Shown here piece by piece: positions 47,262 through 61,100 of a stretch of DNA of 64,000 nt; the first letter of the stretch is position 1, and every line of letters begins with the position of its first letter. Below the pieces are notes generated by a model. It ran no database searches. It worked only from the letters and a program-made list of their open reading frames with translations, and had not been told where the DNA came from. A program made the position numbers and the translations under genes. Source of the stretch: an uncultured delta proteobacterium (lineage in GTDB: Bacteria > Myxococcota > Kuafuiibacteriia > Kuafuiibacteriales > Kuafuiibacteriaceae); contig CAWDML010000001.1 of the NCBI GenBank assembly GCA_963803435.1, positions 2,720,001 through 2,784,000 on the forward strand. Reading direction: 5' to 3'.

Positions 47262-48530
47262 CTAGAAAGCCGAGCACGGCGCAGGCCAGCGCTTCGCCTC
47301 CTCCAGCACGAACCCGGACAGGAAGTCCGCGATCACCGCGTTGCCCTCCGGCTTCAGGTGAAGGTGGTCCACGAAGAGAGCGTCCCCGCCGTGCTCGAGC
47401 AGCGCCGGCTGAGCATCGAGCATCGGGAGGCCGCGCCGCGCCAGGAATTGGCGCAACCTGCGTTGCGGTAAGAGCACGCGCTCGCGATCCAGCTCGAGTG
47501 CGCTCGGCCTCACCTGCTCGCGGACGGGAAAGAGCATCACGTAGAAGGGCAGGTGGCGCGCGTCGAGCTCGTTGGCGAGGCCGGCGAGGAGAGGCTCGGT
47601 GTCCCGCCATCCGTAGTCCTTCCAGGCGAGGAAGAGGTCCTCCCGATAGTCGAAGTTGAAGCGGGGGTGATCGCTCATCCGCGCCGTCAGCACCTCGAAC
47701 CCCAGCACCAGCTCGTGGGCGGCATAGCTCCAGCCGAAGACGTCGCCCAGGAGCCCGTGCGTGTCGAAGCGCGTCAGGCGCGCGTTGGGGTCGACGGCCA
47801 GCGTGCCCTCGGTCGACGGCCGGTGGAGATACGGCTGGTACAGATCGTTGAGCACGAAGCCGAGGAAGACGACGTCGGGGTCAAAGTCGTAGCCGTACTC
47901 GTGGAGGAGCTCGACCTCCTGGTAGGTGGTGTAGCCCGGCACGCCGGCGTTGATGACCTCGTAATGGTCGCCGAGCGCGGCGCGCATCCGGTCCTCGAGC
48001 GCCTCGAGGTAGGTGCCGCCTTCGGACAGGTCACCGAGATAGAGCAGCGAGTCGCCGAGGAAGAGCACGCGGCAGGTGCCGGGCGGCTTCGCGCCGATCT
48101 CGCGGTTCTTGAAGCCGAGGCTGTTGTTCTTGCCGCCGGGGGGCATGCGCCAGCGCAGGTTCGCGTCCTTCGCGGTGAGATACGGCATCGGCAGGCGGGG
48201 AAGCTCGAACGGCCAGGCGTCGACCTCCACGCGGAGGAGGAGCTCGGCGCCGGCGAAGAGCAGGAGCGAGAACGCGATCACGAAGACCGCGTACCCGAGC
48301 CGGAAGCGCGTGGTGCGCTCGGTGGAGGCGAGCGCACCTCCGGCGAGCAGGATGACCACGCCGACAATCGCCGCCAGGGCCTGGCGCGGTCCGATGTCCG
48401 GTCGCCCCCCAATCCCGAGCGCATCGGCTGCGATCGACACGATGGAGATCGCGGCACCCAGCACGATCAATCCGCGCCCGAGGGCGGGACGCTTGCTCTC
48501 CCGGTGAGAGCCGTCACCGGCGCCTGGCAT
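47262..48530 (-). CDS. Membrane-anchored SGNH/GDSL hydrolase
   Basis: N-terminal TM helices; LGDS, INAGVPGY, LND and DHLH motifs. Confidence 0.85.
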   Translation of the reverse strand: MPGAGDGSHRESKRPALGRGLIVLGAAISIVSIAADALGIGGRPDIGPRQALAAIVGVVILLAGGALASTERTTRFRLGYAVFVIAFSLLLFAGAELLLRVEVDAWPFELPRLPMPYLTAKDANLRWRMPPGGKNNSLGFKNREIGAKPPGTCRVLFLGDSLLYLGDLSEGGTYLEALEDRMRAALGDHYEVINAGVPGYTTYQEVELLHEYGYDFDPDVVFLGFVLNDLYQPYLHRPSTEGTLAVDPNARLTRFDTHGLLGDVFGWSYAAHELVLGFEVLTARMSDHPRFNFDYREDLFLAWKDYGWRDTEPLLAGLANELDARHLPFYVMLFPVREQVRPSALELDRERVLLPQRRLRQFLARRGLPMLDAQPALLEHGGDALFVDHLHLKPEGNAVIADFLSGFVLEEAKRWPAPCSAF

Positions 48531-48603
48531 GCCTGTCGACCAGGTAGCCTCAAATCGACGCCGGTCTCAAGCGGACACTGCCCAGGGCGTCGAAGGAGAA
48601 CTC

Positions 48604-49188
48604 ATGCGACTCGTCCTGATCCTCACCGCGATCGCCCTGCCTCTGGCCGCCTGCTCATCGAACACCGAGACGAGCGTAGTCCACCCCCATACTCCGGCCG
48701 TCGAGCACCCCGACTGGGTGACCCGGGGCTCGGGCGCCTTCGGAGGCGACAGCAACAAGAAGATCTTCTACGGGGTGTCCTCGTCCACAGGGGTTCGCAA
48801 CCCGACGCTTGCGCGAACCACCGCCGACAACCGGGCCCGCGACGAGATCTCGAAGATCTTCGAGGTCTACTCGGCGTCGCTGATGAAGGACTATCAGGCA
48901 TCGACCACGGCCGGTGACTTCACCGCTACCTCGGACGAGCAGCACGTGGAGAGCGTGGTCAAGACGTTCACGGCCAACCACCTGAGCGGCATCGAGGTCG
49001 TCGATCACTGGATCCACCCGGTGGACGGGACGATCTACTCGCTGGCGAAGCTCGACATGGACGGCTTCGCCGAGCAGCTCGCCTCGATGAAAGAGCTCGA
49101 CGGCAAGGTCAAAGAGCAAGTGAAGCGGGCCGCCGAGAAGGCGTTCTCCGACCTCGAGGCCGAAGAAGCGAAGCACGCCCAGAAGTGA
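48604..49188 (+). CDS. LPP20-like lipoprotein
   Basis: Lipobox LAAC; PDWV...YGV...ADNRAR.EI. Confidence 0.7.
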   Translation: MRLVLILTAIALPLAACSSNTETSVVHPHTPAVEHPDWVTRGSGAFGGDSNKKIFYGVSSSTGVRNPTLARTTADNRARDEISKIFEVYSASLMKDYQASTTAGDFTATSDEQHVESVVKTFTANHLSGIEVVDHWIHPVDGTIYSLAKLDMDGFAEQLASMKELDGKVKEQVKRAAEKAFSDLEAEEAKHAQK

Positions 49189-51316
49189 CCTGGAACCGGC
49201 GGAGCATCAGGCTGCTCGAGAGGACCGTAATGCTCGAAAACGTCATGGCGCCGGCGGCGATCATCGGATCGAGCACTCCGAGCACCGCCAGCGGGATCGC
49301 GATGACGTTGTAGAAGAACGCCCAGAAGAGGTTGAGCTCGATGGTGCGGAAGGTCTTCCGCGCCAGCCCGATCGCGGTGACGACCAGCGCCGGATCGCCG
49401 GACATCAGGACGACCTCGCCCGCCTCGATGGCGGCGTCCGCGCCGGTCCCGACCGCGATGCCGAGATCGGCCTGGGACAGCGCCGGGGCATCGTTGATCC
49501 CGTCGCCGACGAACGCGACGATCCGACCGCTCTCCTGCAGCTTCTTCACCTCGAGCGCCTTCTGGTCGGGGAGCGTCTCGGCGACCACCGTCTCGATCCC
49601 GAGCGCCTTCGCGATGGCAGCGGCGGTCGCCCGATTGTCGCCGGTGATGAGGATGACCTCGACGCCGCTGGCCTGGAGCGTGCGCACGGTCTCTTCGGAC
49701 GAGGGCCGGAGCGTGTCCGCGACGGCGACCAGGCCGCGCGCTGCGCCGTCCCAGGCCACCACGAACACAGTCTTACCGGAGGCCTCCAGCCGGGCGAGGT
49801 CCGACTCGAGCGGGGCCGGGAGGGGCGCACCGGCAAAGCGCCGACGACCGACGCGCACCTCGGTGCCCTCGACCCGGGCCGAGACACCCAGCCCGGGCTC
49901 GGCCTCGAACGCGTCGATCGGCGAGAGCTCGCCTGCGTACGCCGCCACCACGGCCCGCGCGATCGGATGCTCGCTCCCCGACTCCACCGACGCCGCCCGC
50001 CGGAGCACCTCGCCGGAGTCATCGCCGCCGGCGACGACGACGTCGGTCAGCTCCATCCGGCCGCGGGTGAGGGTCCCGGTCTTGTCGAACACCACGGTGT
50101 CAATCCGCTTGCTGCGCTCGAAGACCTCGGCGCCGCGGAAGAGCACACCGAGCCGCGCGCCCACGCCCGAGCCCACCATGATGGCGGTCGGCGTGGCCAG
50201 GCCGAGCGCACAGGGGCAAGCGATGATCAGCACGGCGACGGCGTTCACCAGCGCGATCTCGACGCCGGCCCCTGCCAGCATCCATCCGGCGAAGGTGGCG
50301 ATCGCGACCGCGATGACGACGGGGACGAAGACACCCGCGACGCGATCGACCAGCCGCTGCACCGGCGCGCGCGAGGCCTGTGCGTCCTCCACCATCTTCA
50401 CGATGCGCGCGAGGGCGGTCTCGCCACCCACTTCGCCGGCGCGCACCACCAGCCGGCCCTGCTGGTTGAGCGTGGCGCCGAAGACGGCGTCGTCGGGGCG
50501 CTTGTCGACGGGCAGCGACTCGCCGGTGAGCATGCTCTCGTCAATCGAAGAGCGCCCCTCGACCACCACGCCGTCGGTCGCGATCTTCTCCCCGGGGCGC
50601 ACCACGAACAGCTCGCCCGGCTGCAGTGCGTCGATCGGGATCGAGACCTCGACGCCGTCGCGGAGGACCCGCGCCTCCTTGGCGCCGAGCTCGAGCAAGG
50701 TGGCCACCGCCGAGCTGGCGCGGCCCTTGGCGCGAGCCTCCAGCCAGCGGCCGAGGAGGATCAGCGTGACGATGACCGCGGCGGTCTCGAAGAAGACGTG
50801 CCGCCCGGCGAGCAGCGCCCACAGCGAGTACGAGAACGCGGTGAGCGTCCCCACGCTGACCAGCGTGTCCATGTTGGCGCTGAGGCTCGCCAGCCGCTGG
50901 GCGGCGATCCGGTGGAAGCTGCGGCCGAACCAGAACAGGACCGGCATCGTCAGCGCAGCTTGCACGATCCGCGACCAGGGCGCGTCGACGTGGGCCATCG
51001 CCAGCACGAACACCGGGAGGGTGAGGACAGCGCTCCCGAGGAACCGCCGCCGCATCGCGATCGCCTCGCTCCGATGGCGTTCGTCGGGCCGCGCATGCTC
51101 GTCCTCGGCGACGGGCTCCGCCGAGTAGCCGATCTTCGTGATCGCCTCGACCAGCTCGTCCGGCGATGTGCCTTCGGTTGTGGTGACGATCGCCTGTCCG
51201 GCGGCGAAGCTCACGCTGGCGCTCGACACGCCGGGCTTCTTCTCCAGCACGCGTTGCACCCGCGCCGCGCAGGACGCACAGGTCATGCCGCCGACGTTGA
51301 GACGAACCCGGTCCAC
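49109..51316 (-). CDS. copA: Cu(I)-translocating P1B-type ATPase
   Basis: GMTCASC, TGES, CPCALGL, DKTGT, SEHP, GDGIND, YN and MxxSS motifs. Confidence 0.95.
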   Translation of the reverse strand: MDRVRLNVGGMTCASCAARVQRVLEKKPGVSSASVSFAAGQAIVTTTEGTSPDELVEAITKIGYSAEPVAEDEHARPDERHRSEAIAMRRRFLGSAVLTLPVFVLAMAHVDAPWSRIVQAALTMPVLFWFGRSFHRIAAQRLASLSANMDTLVSVGTLTAFSYSLWALLAGRHVFFETAAVIVTLILLGRWLEARAKGRASSAVATLLELGAKEARVLRDGVEVSIPIDALQPGELFVVRPGEKIATDGVVVEGRSSIDESMLTGESLPVDKRPDDAVFGATLNQQGRLVVRAGEVGGETALARIVKMVEDAQASRAPVQRLVDRVAGVFVPVVIAVAIATFAGWMLAGAGVEIALVNAVAVLIIACPCALGLATPTAIMVGSGVGARLGVLFRGAEVFERSKRIDTVVFDKTGTLTRGRMELTDVVVAGGDDSGEVLRRAASVESGSEHPIARAVVAAYAGELSPIDAFEAEPGLGVSARVEGTEVRVGRRRFAGAPLPAPLESDLARLEASGKTVFVVAWDGAARGLVAVADTLRPSSEETVRTLQASGVEVILITGDNRATAAAIAKALGIETVVAETLPDQKALEVKKLQESGRIVAFVGDGINDAPALSQADLGIAVGTGADAAIEAGEVVLMSGDPALVVTAIGLARKTFRTIELNLFWAFFYNVIAIPLAVLGVLDPMIAAGAMTFSSITVLSSSLMLRRFQVTSGRASLLRPRGRRTPSRRPASLAL

Positions 51317-51317
51317 C

Positions 51318-51524
51318 TCAACCTTCGATCTCGTACCCTTGCTCTTCGATCGCCTGGACGATCGATGGGAACGCCTCGGGCGGATCGAAGGTGACGTCGA
51401 CCTGCCGCCTCTCCACGTCGACCTCGACCGCCGAGACGGCCTTCAGCTTGCTCACCGCGCCCTCAATCGTGGCCTTGCAGTGCCCACAGGAGATGTCGGG
51501 CACGGACAACGTCTTCCGGGTCAT
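51318..51524 (-). CDS. copZ: Copper chaperone (HMA domain)
   Basis: SCGHC motif; 68 aa; immediately upstream of copA. Confidence 0.9.
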   Translation of the reverse strand: MTRKTLSVPDISCGHCKATIEGAVSKLKAVSAVEVDVERRQVDVTFDPPEAFPSIVQAIEEQGYEIEG

Positions 51525-51578
51525 CGAGCCTAGTTAGAGACCCGACCCAGGGAGGGGTCAAGCGCACGCCGTTCGCGT

Positions 51579-54500
51579 TCAGGGCGCGTCGTGGATGGTC
51601 AGCCGCATCTCCCCCGCGTTGCAGCGGAGCTCCGGCGCGTACATCGCGAACCCTGTGGTCGGCATCGCGTGGAAGGTCCCCGGGATCTCGGCCCGCAGCC
51701 GGTAGTCGAGCTTCAGCTTCCCCTGGTTGAGCTGCGAGAGGAAGAACACGACCTTGTCGTCGCGGAGCTCCATGTTCGCCACCGCCTCGCCGTACGTGTA
51801 GCCGCTCCGCAGCGCCACCGGCTCGGCGCCGGCCGGCTTCGGATCCTCGAACGCCAGGAACTCGTAGTCGTTCTTCGACTCCAGCATGAGCTCGACCAGG
51901 ATCGAATCGCCGCTGTCGACCGCATCCCCGGTGGCGAGCGGGACCTTCCGGTAGGCGAGCTCCTTCGACTTCACCGCCTGTCCGCGCTGATCGTAGATCG
52001 TGTTCTCGCGATCGTCGCGCACCAGCTTGTAGTACTTGCGCTCCACCTTGATCTCGAGACCCGACGGCGGGACGTCCTCCTCGAGCGTGAAGTAGGTGAG
52101 GTACGCGTTGAAGTAGACGGCGCCGGTCCCGCTCCGCCTGAAGCTGATGGTGTGCTTGCCCGAGGTGACGTCGCTGCCCTTCAGCCGGAGCTCGCCGTCG
52201 AAGATGAGGAGGTTCGAGGCGTCGAGGTGGACCCTCTTCTTCGTCTTGCCGTCGATCAGGACCTCGAGATCGTAGTCCGTCTTGTCGAAGCGGCTCGCCC
52301 GCATGTAGGCGGCGAAGCTCGAGATCACGATCGCCGTGTCGCGCGTGGAGCGCCAGTACCAGCCGTTCTTCCGGTGGTTGAGGAGCCACTTCACGATCCG
52401 CCCGGCGCGCTCGTCGTCGGGTCGGATCGTCGAGAGCGCACGCAGGAAGAGGGCATTCGACTCGATGTCGCTGTTGTACCAGTACCACCAGCCCTCGTTC
52501 CTCGTCTCGAGCCAGGCCGTCTCGTTCTCGGCATCCTCCTTGAGGAACTGCGCCGCATTGCGGAGGACCAGGTTCGCCTTCTCCACGTCCTTGACGTTCC
52601 AGAGCGCCAGCGCGAACAGGCTCTTCCCGTAGACGCTCAGCTTCACCCGGCGGTCGAACAGGTACCTGTTCGAGCTGATCGTTCTTCTCGCCCGACAGGC
52701 TCATCACATAGGCGAAGAAGGCGTCGGAGTCGTCGATCCAGTCGTGGTGCCGGTACTCGGCGAGGTGGCCGGGGATCAGGTTGCGGAGCGCGGCTCGCCC
52801 GCGCTCGATCATGTCTTGGGGAACCGCCACATCCGCGCTCTGGGCCTCCGAGAGCCCCCAGAGCACGTAGGCGGTGGTGTAGATCGAGGTGTCGTCGTTG
52901 GCCCACCAGCCCCAGCCGCCGTCGGCGTGCTGCATGCGCCGCAGCCGATCGAGGCCGGCGTCGATCATGCCGTCCATGACCTTCTGGTTGTAGACGGGGT
53001 TCCTGTGAAACTCGCGGTACAGGTGATCGAGGCGCGCGGAGTAGGCCTCCTTCGACTCGTCCACCTGCTGCGGGTTGGCGCTCGACATCCGCTTCTTGAG
53101 ATCCTCGAGCTTGAGCCCGCCCGCGACCTGCAGCGCCTTTCTCGTGATCACCGCCGGGACGAAGCGGCTGGTGGTCTGCTCGGTGCAGCCATACGGATAG
53201 TCGAGGAGGAACGGGAGCGCGTCGAGCATCGCGCCCGCCAGCGTGGGCGACCACCTTACGATCAGCTCGCTCTGCTCGGGACGCCGCGCCTCGGGGACCT
53301 CGATCGTGATGCTCTTCTCGGCGGGGCCCGCCTGCTTGGTGGTGATGCTGCCGACGAGCGAGTCGGTCTTCAGCATCCCGTGCACCAGGACGGGGAAGCG
53401 CAGCTCCTTGGCGTCCGACTCCTCGTCGCTGAGCGCGGAGACCCGGACGGTGGCCTCGCCCTCCCCCTTCGCGTCGACCCAGAAGTCGACACGCGCCTCG
53501 CCGTTGGCCTCGACCTCGACCCACTTCGACACGTCGCCCTCGGGCGCCAGCAGCGACTCGGTGACCGCCAGCTCGACCTTCACCTTCTTCTTCGTCTTCA
53601 ACCGGTTGTGGACGTTCGCCGAGATCACGACGCGGTCGCGCTCGCGGAAGAAACGCGGCGCCTGGAGCCGGACCAGCAGGTTCTTGGTGGTGACCGTCTG
53701 CGCGCTGGCCTCGCCGACGCGCGTCCCCTTGGCGATCCCGATCGCCTTCACCTTCCAGGTCGTCAGGTTGTCGGGGAAAGTCCAGTCGACGGTCGCGCGG
53801 CCCGCCTCGTTGGTGGTCACGACTCGCCACGCGGCGGTGTCCGCGAAGTTCTTCCGCACCGCGGGCGCGACCAGGGCCTGCGGACCGCCCGCCTCTGCCG
53901 ATCCGTCCTCGTTCGCCTTTCCGCCCTCGTCGCCCGCCCTGCGGCGCGATTCCCTGGACACGCGTCCCGCCGCAGGTTGCGCCGTCGGGGCCGGCGCCTT
54001 CTTTCCGGAGGCATCCTTGCTCTCCTCGGCCGGCGCGTCCCCCCGCGCCACCTCGGACTTTGCGAGCGCCGCCCCGCCCGCCACCGCGGTGGTCTCGTCG
54101 TCGAGCGCGGCCCGGAAGTCGACCTCTTGCTGCAACCAGCCTTGCGCCAGTGAGGCCAGGGCATTGACCGCGTTCTGGTCGGGGCGATTGAGATACTGCG
54201 GGTTCGGATAGCTGCGCCGCAGGTTGGTGCGCGAGATCCGCTGGTGCGTACGCTTCATGCCCCAGAACCACTGCCGCACCTCGGGCGTCAGCGATCCCTG
54301 GATGTAGAGCACCGACGCGTCGAACACGCTCAGCGCCACGTTGGCGGGGAGCGGACGTCCATCGAGCGTCGTCGTGACCACCTCGAGCGTCGCCTTCTCG
54401 CCGGGGCGGTACTCCTTCTTCCCTGGCGTCACCTCCACCTTCATCTCCGCGTCGACCGGCGGGACGAACACCTCACGGATCTCCTCGGAGATCCGGCCGT

Positions 54501-57500
54501 CGCCCACCAGCGTGGCGTCGACGAAGAAGTTGGGGACGTGCGACGCGGTCAGGGGGACCTCGATGACCTTGGTCTTGCCCTCGAGCTGGAGGACCTGCGG
54601 ATCGAACAGCGTGCCGTTGTCAGCCTTCGCGGAGAAGAGCACGTGCGCGCCGGCGACGTTCGAGTTGATCAAGAGACGGGCCGTCTCGCCGACCGCGTAG
54701 CTCCGCTTGTCGGTGAGCACCTCGAGGTGATTGAACTTGAAGCGCCGGCCCTCGAAGCCGGGGCCCCAGACCCAGATCACCGTCGACCCGACGACCTCAC
54801 CGCCCCAGGCGTCCTTGGCCGTGAAGGAGATCCGGTACTGCCCGGGCTCCGCGATCTCCCAGCGGTGCTCCAGCACGCCGAAGGCGTCGGTCTTCTTGCT
54901 CTGGGTCACCACCGGCTTCTCCTCGACGACGTCGAGGTTCTCGCCCGTGAAGCTGACCTTTGCGATGCGCAGCTCGCCCTCGGCCTCGAACGGCGCGTGG
55001 TCCGGCCGCATCGTGCGCACCACCAGCTTCGCGGTGTCGCCGGTGCGGTAGTAGCCGCGGTCGGTCTCGATGGCGGTGAAGAACTGGTTTCGGGTGGCGA
55101 TGACCTCGCCCTCGCCGTTGATCGTCCGGCGCGAGGCGTCGCGCACCTCGGCCTTCACGACGAAGCGCTGGTCGGCGTCGCCGAAGGCCTGAGCGATCCC
55201 ATAGGTGTCGAGCTCGACCTTGAGCACGCCGTCGGGACCGAAGACGCCCTCGCCCTCCTCCACCAGCTCGCGCTTCGGCTCGGGCCGCGCACCCCACCAC
55301 GGGTACCAAACCCAGGGCTGGGTGCCCCAGCGATCCCACCAGTCGAACCAGGGATAGGCGTACCAGCAGAGGCCGTAGCCCTCGCCGTAGAGCCAGTCCC
55401 AGCGGCCGTTCGGGACGAACTGCTGGTGATGGTCGGTGCGGAAGATCTGGTAGCGGACCCGGCCGCCCTCGACGGCGCCGCCGAAGTAGTAGCTGGCCGA
55501 GATCTCAATCGGGATCTTCTCGCCGAGCTTGGCGGGGCCGTCGCCGACCGACACCTTCACCTCGAACTCGGGCGCCTTGTACTCCTCGACGCGGAACTGA
55601 TTGCCGCCGGTGGTCAGCCAGGAGCCGTCGGCCCGCACGTCCATGCGGTAGAGCCCGAGCGGCGCGTTCTTCGGGAGGGTGTACGTGAAGTCGGCGCCGC
55701 CGTACGCGTCCGCCGGCACCTCCTTGTCGAAGACCTGGGCGCCCTTCGGATCGAGGATGCGGAGCGCCAACCGTCCGGCGGTGGCGTCGACGTAGTGGCC
55801 GTCGCGACGGCGTCTCGCCCAGGCGCGCAGCTTGACCTCGTGCTCCGGGCGATAGACCGGGCGATCGGTGAACACCAGGCCGACGTCGCCGCGCTCGATG
55901 CTGCTCCGCCCGTAGTACCAGTAGTACCCGTTGCCCGCGTAGGCGTAGCGCTTGCCGCTCTTCACCGTGATCAGGTGCGTGTGGTTCTGGAGTCGTGCCA
56001 CCGTCGCCAGCCCCTGCTCGTCGCTGGTCGCGTTCCGGACCTGGTGGAGCTGGATGCTCTTGCCGCTGTCCGACTTCCACTCGTTCCAGTACTCGAAGAC
56101 CTCGATCTCCGCGTTCGGGATCGGCGCCCCCGTACGGGCGTCCACCACCCAGATCAGCTCACCCTTCTCGCCGTTCTTGGTGACGACCGCGGTGGTCTGC
56201 AGCAGCACCAGCGCCCGCGAGAACGCGCTCGAGCCCTTGGGCCTGACCTCGACCATCCAGAGGCCCTCGCCGTCGATCGGGATCCGGACGTCGGTCTTCG
56301 AGTAGCGCATCGTTCCGTCGTCTTTCACGCTCAGCTCGAACGGGAGCCACTCACCGACGCCGTACTGCTCGATCTTCTTGTCGTCGTAGGAGAAGAAGTT
56401 CTGCAGCGCTTCCAGATCGATGTCCGGATACTGATAGCGCTCGCGCATCCACTCCTTCTTGAAGCGCTCGACCACCCTCCTCTCGTCGAGCCGGCGCGCG
56501 CGGCCGGTGATCGCGGTGGTGTTGCGATGCTCGATCGGCATCAGCGGCTGCCCGGGGAGCTGGACGCCGCCGTCGGAGAGCTTGAGCTCGGGGCGCTTCA
56601 GCTCCTGGATCGCGCTCTCGGCCTCACCGCGGTGCTTCCCGGCGGAGAAGCGCTCGAGATAGTCGCGATAGGCGGTGATCGCACGGTCGTACTGTTGCCT
56701 CGACTGGTAGTAGACGCCCACGGACGCAGCCGCTTGGTCGGCAGCATCGGTGCCCGGAAACTCCTTGGTGATCCTGCGGAGCAGGACCAGGACGTTCTCG
56801 TCCTCGGGCGGACGATACACGCCGAGGTGCGTCGCGATCAGGCCGTACACCTCGTCGTCCGCGAGCTCCCACAGCTTCTTCTCCTCGACGGCGGCCTTGT
56901 ACGGATAGGCGCCGTTCCACCACCAGCCGGCGTAGCGCTGCAGACGATCGGGGCCGTCGCGCGTCTGGAACAGCGTGGCCTGCCGGAGGAGCGCGGTGGC
57001 GGCGAGCTCTTTCTTCTCCGTCGGATCGATCGACATGATCTCGCCGAGCAGAAACTTCATCTTCTGGACCGAGCTGCCCGTGTAGGTGGCGGGCTTGGGC
57101 TCGAAGACCGGTGTGCCGGACGCGTCGACTGCCAGCCCGCGCGGCTCGGAGCGATACAGGAGCGAGCGCTGCGCCCACTGATTGACCTGCTCGTCCGCGC
57201 CCTCCGCCTCGACCCGATCGTCGTCGTCGGCCTCGGGCCACGCGTAGTACCAGTAGTACCAGGCCCGATCGTGCGGGGTGAAACGCGCGAGGGCGCCGAC
57301 CAGATCGAACTCGGTCTCGATGCGCTCCTTCACCAGCGCTTCAGTCTGGGTGTGCTCGGGCGCCAGATAAAAGGCGCGCGCCTCCTCGAGCCGGGCGATC
57401 GCGAGGGCGCGGTCGAGGCGGTGCGTGTCCTGATAGATGCCTTGATCCCAGCGAACGCGGATCAGCTCCCCACCCTTCTTCACGCCCCAGTGCGGGATCG

Positions 57501-57981
57501 AGAGATAAGTGTTGCCGAGCACGCGCAACAGTCGCGCCTCGGCGACGGTCCCCTCGAAGAGATGGAGCGCATCCTCGTAGAACTGGAGCCCGTCGGAGTA
57601 CTCGCCCAGGCGAAACGAGGCGAGCGCGGACTGGTTGAGGGCGCGGGGGGCCCGGTCGTCGTCGGCGTGGAGGAGGACGAGGGCGCGGTACGCGTCGCGG
57701 GCCTCCTTGAAGTGCTGCTGCTTCTGGGCGGCGTCGGCGGTCTCGATCAGCGCGTCAGCGGTGAGCTTCGGATCGAGCGCGGTCTTCAGGGCCTCCAGCC
57801 GCTCCTGGGCCGCCTCTTTGCCCTTGGCCCGCTCGGCCCCCGGATCGGGCGGCGGCGGCGGTGCCTCCGCCTCGCCGCTCAGCGGGGGTTCGGCCGGGGG
57901 AACGTGCGCGATCTCCTTCTCTTCACAGGCGAGCGCCAGAGCGAGAAGGAGCCAGCAACCACGACGAGCGTACGTGTCCAT
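51579..57981 (-). CDS. Alpha-2-macroglobulin-family lipoprotein with an N-terminal TPR-like region; apparent single-base frameshift near 52672
   Basis: Lipobox ALAC; TDRPVYRP, FRVEEYK, FPDNLTTW, thioester YPYGCTEQ and DGGWGW. The C-terminal WRSTRDT...AMYAPE is in the shifted frame. Confidence 0.88.
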
Positions 57982-58192
57982 TGAACCTCCGGGCCCTACC
58001 AACGGACGGCAGGGGCGGGGGATCTCATCCGATCTCGAGGTTGGCGGAAAGGCGCCCCAAAAGCGGCCCTCCCGGCGCCGTGCGGCCGGTCCTCGGTGTT
58101 CGCGGCCACCGACAGTGTTCGGTCGGACGAACCGGTCGCCCTCCGAACGAGCGAGGGCGCCGGCTGGTCTCGAAGTTGCTCTCGCCGGACCC

Positions 58193-61100
58193 ATGAGCTT
58201 CCTCTCCGCCGTCACCAAGGCCGCCAGCGCGGTGCTCGACCAGGTCAAGCCACCGGTCCCCACCCCCGCCGCGGTGCAGCCCGCGGCCCAGGCGGTCGCG
58301 CAGGCGGTCGCGAGCGCTCCGGCTCCCACGACCCTGGTGGCAGTGCCGCCCGACGCTCGCGCGGCCGCGATCGCCGCCTCGTCCAACCCCGAGCTGGCGC
58401 GCACCGCCGATCATCGCTACGCCGACTCCTCCGACGAGATCGATCCCTACGCCGTCTACCTCGATCCGTCCTGCCCCGCGGACGGGCGCACCATCGCCGT
58501 CGACGACGCGCTCGCCTCGCTCCACGACGGGGCGCACTTCGACGACCTGCGTCCGATCCTCGAGGGCCGATCGCCGCTCGGCGCGCTGAGCGAGCGCGAG
58601 CAGACGCGCGTCCTCGACTTCGCCACCAACGCCTGGAGGAACCACGACGGCTATCGCGATCTCGACGCGCTCACCGCGTGGTCCGGGCAGGATCGAACGC
58701 GCGCGGCCTTCGTCTCGCACGACCTCGCGACGCGCGCCCTCGCCTACGAGTCGGTGTACCAGGCGCACCCCGAGATCCCGATCGTGCAGTCGTTCCAGCA
58801 GGCGTTGGCGGTCGCGGCGGTGGACGCGCCCGGCACCCCGGGCCGACGGCGCGAGATGATCGACGCCCTCGGCCCCGACGCCGGGATCCTCTTCGCGGAG
58901 CTCCAGACCGGCGAGAACAACTGGGGCGTCGGCAACATGGCCACGGGCTACTCGCCGGAGCTCGAGGAGCGGGCCGAGGCCGCCGCGCTGCTGCTCGACG
59001 CCTGCCGGGGAGGTCCGACCGAGGGCTCGGCGGCGGTGGTCGCCGCCGGTCTGAGCGAGCTGACGGACGACGCGCTCCAGGCCTCCCGCGATCTCGCTGA
59101 CTTTCGGGACACGGTCGATCTGGGGTCGAGCTTCGCGCACGCGCTGGCCGCCGAGACCCACCCGGACGATCCGGCGCAAGCGCGCGAAGAGGGGGATCGG
59201 CTGGCCGAGATCCTCGCCACCCGCGACGGGCGCGCGCTGGTGTTCAGCGCCGACCGGCCGCTGGGCGCGCGGGTCGAGACGCTCCTCACCGTCCGCGCCC
59301 ATCCCGAGTGGGGGACCGATCTCGATCCGCGCCGGGTCGAGCAGGCGATGCTCGAGCCGCGCGCCCGCGATCTCCTCGAGCTCCGCGGCGACGCCCCGAT
59401 GAGGCTGCCCGGGACCGATCTGGAGAACACGGTCGGCATGGCCTTCGGCTTCGCGGTGCAGGGCGTCCCGGACGACGAGACCGAGGCCCAGCGGAACGCC
59501 CGCGAGGCCGGGGTCGCGGCCGGCCGCTACTCGCTGTTCACGGGCGAGCCGGCCGAGGGGGTCATCCAGCCGGTGGTCGATCAAATCCGGCACGTCGGCG
59601 GCCCCGATCCGCAGGTCACCGTGCTGCCGATCCGGATCCACGACGGCGACGGTGCGGCGGTCGACCTCCCCCTCTTCCGCGTTCAGGACGGAGCGACCGG
59701 CGAGGACCGGTTCGTCGATCAGGAGGGCAGGCGGTACAGCTCGTTCGACGACTGGCGGCACCACAACGGGCTCCCCTCGGGTCGCATGATCTTCCCCGCG
59801 GGCGGCCACCTCACCGAGAGCGGCGGCGGCTCGGTCGCGCTGCAGGAGGGCGCCACGCCGTCGACCCGCGACTCGGCCTGGGAGCACTTCACGCACGTGG
59901 CGGACATCGCGGCCGTGGTGGGTGGAACGATCGCGGGCGGGCTGCTCATCGTGGGGAGCGGGGGGACGGCCGCCCCGTTCGTGGTCGGGGGCGCGGCGGC
60001 CTGGGGCGCGTACCGGAGCGGGGACCGTCTCCACGATCGATACGCCCACGGACAATCGATCAACCCGCTCACGGATTCGCAGGCGCGGGCGTTATGGCTG
60101 AACGCCGGCGCCGACGCGTTGACCGCGGCGACGCTGGGCACCAGCGAGGTGGCCGCTCGCCTCGGAGGTGCTGCGAGCGCCCTTCGGCCCCAGGCGGCCG
60201 CGGCCGCCGCCATCCTCGGGGCCGGCGCCACCGCGATCGACGCGACCGCCGCGGCCAACGTCGGCTGGCAGCTGATCCGCGACTGGGATCAGCTCAGCGG
60301 GAGCGAGCGCGCGCAGCTGTCGCTCTCGCTCGGCTTCTGGAGCGCCGGCACGGCCATCGCGGCGCGGCGCGCGTTCCCCAACGGGATCGAGGCCTGGCTC
60401 CCTGGGCGCAACTGGAGCGACGCCCAGTACCGCGATCTCTTCATGGCGACCGCCTCACCGGAGGCGCGGGCCGAGCTCGGGTCGTTGACGCCGAGCCAGC
60501 TCCGCGCGCTCTACCCCGCGGGGTCCGTGTATCCCGTGGGCCTCGACACCGCGGCGCGCTTCGCCGGCTTCGGCGAGTTCGCGGCGGCGCACCCCGCGGA
60601 GGCGCGCGTGCTGACCGAAGGCGTCACGTACTTCGATCCCGCGGCGATCCAGAGCTCGATCCACCAGATCGGCTTCTCGGGCACCGCGAGCCGGCTCGAA
60701 GGGATGCTCCCGGTGATCACGCCGGCGCGCGGCCAGCCCGGCTTCGTGGTGGTCCAGCGGGGTCCGGACACGCCCGACTATTTCCCGGAGCGCGCGATCT
60801 ATCCCACGACCATGTTCGACCACAACGGCGCGTTTCAACAGCCCGGCCTGGCGCTCGGGCGCACCACGGAGTCTCCCCGGAGGGTCCCGACCGAGGTTCC
60901 GCTGGCGCAGGGTCCCCTCCCCTCGCAGCTCCGCGTGAACGGCGAGCCGCTCGCGTCGCTCGACGGTGTCATGGTGTTCGGAGCGCACGGGAGCCCGAGT
61001 CAATTCAGCGGCGCCACCACCGAGCAGGCCGCGACCATGGTGGCGGATCAGGTGGCGGCGGCGCGCGCCGCGGGACGGAGCATCGACTACGTCGTGCTCG

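Noticed and set aside
49109-49188. Functional antisense overlap of the copA/LPP20 3' ends, and of 42857-42963
   Set aside because: Best explained by stop-codon scarcity or loss in GC-rich convergent genes; the extensions look non-conserved.
57990-58190. ncRNA in the intergenic region between the A2M and toxin-like genes
   Set aside because: Only short GC stems; no tRNA or known RNA family features recognised.
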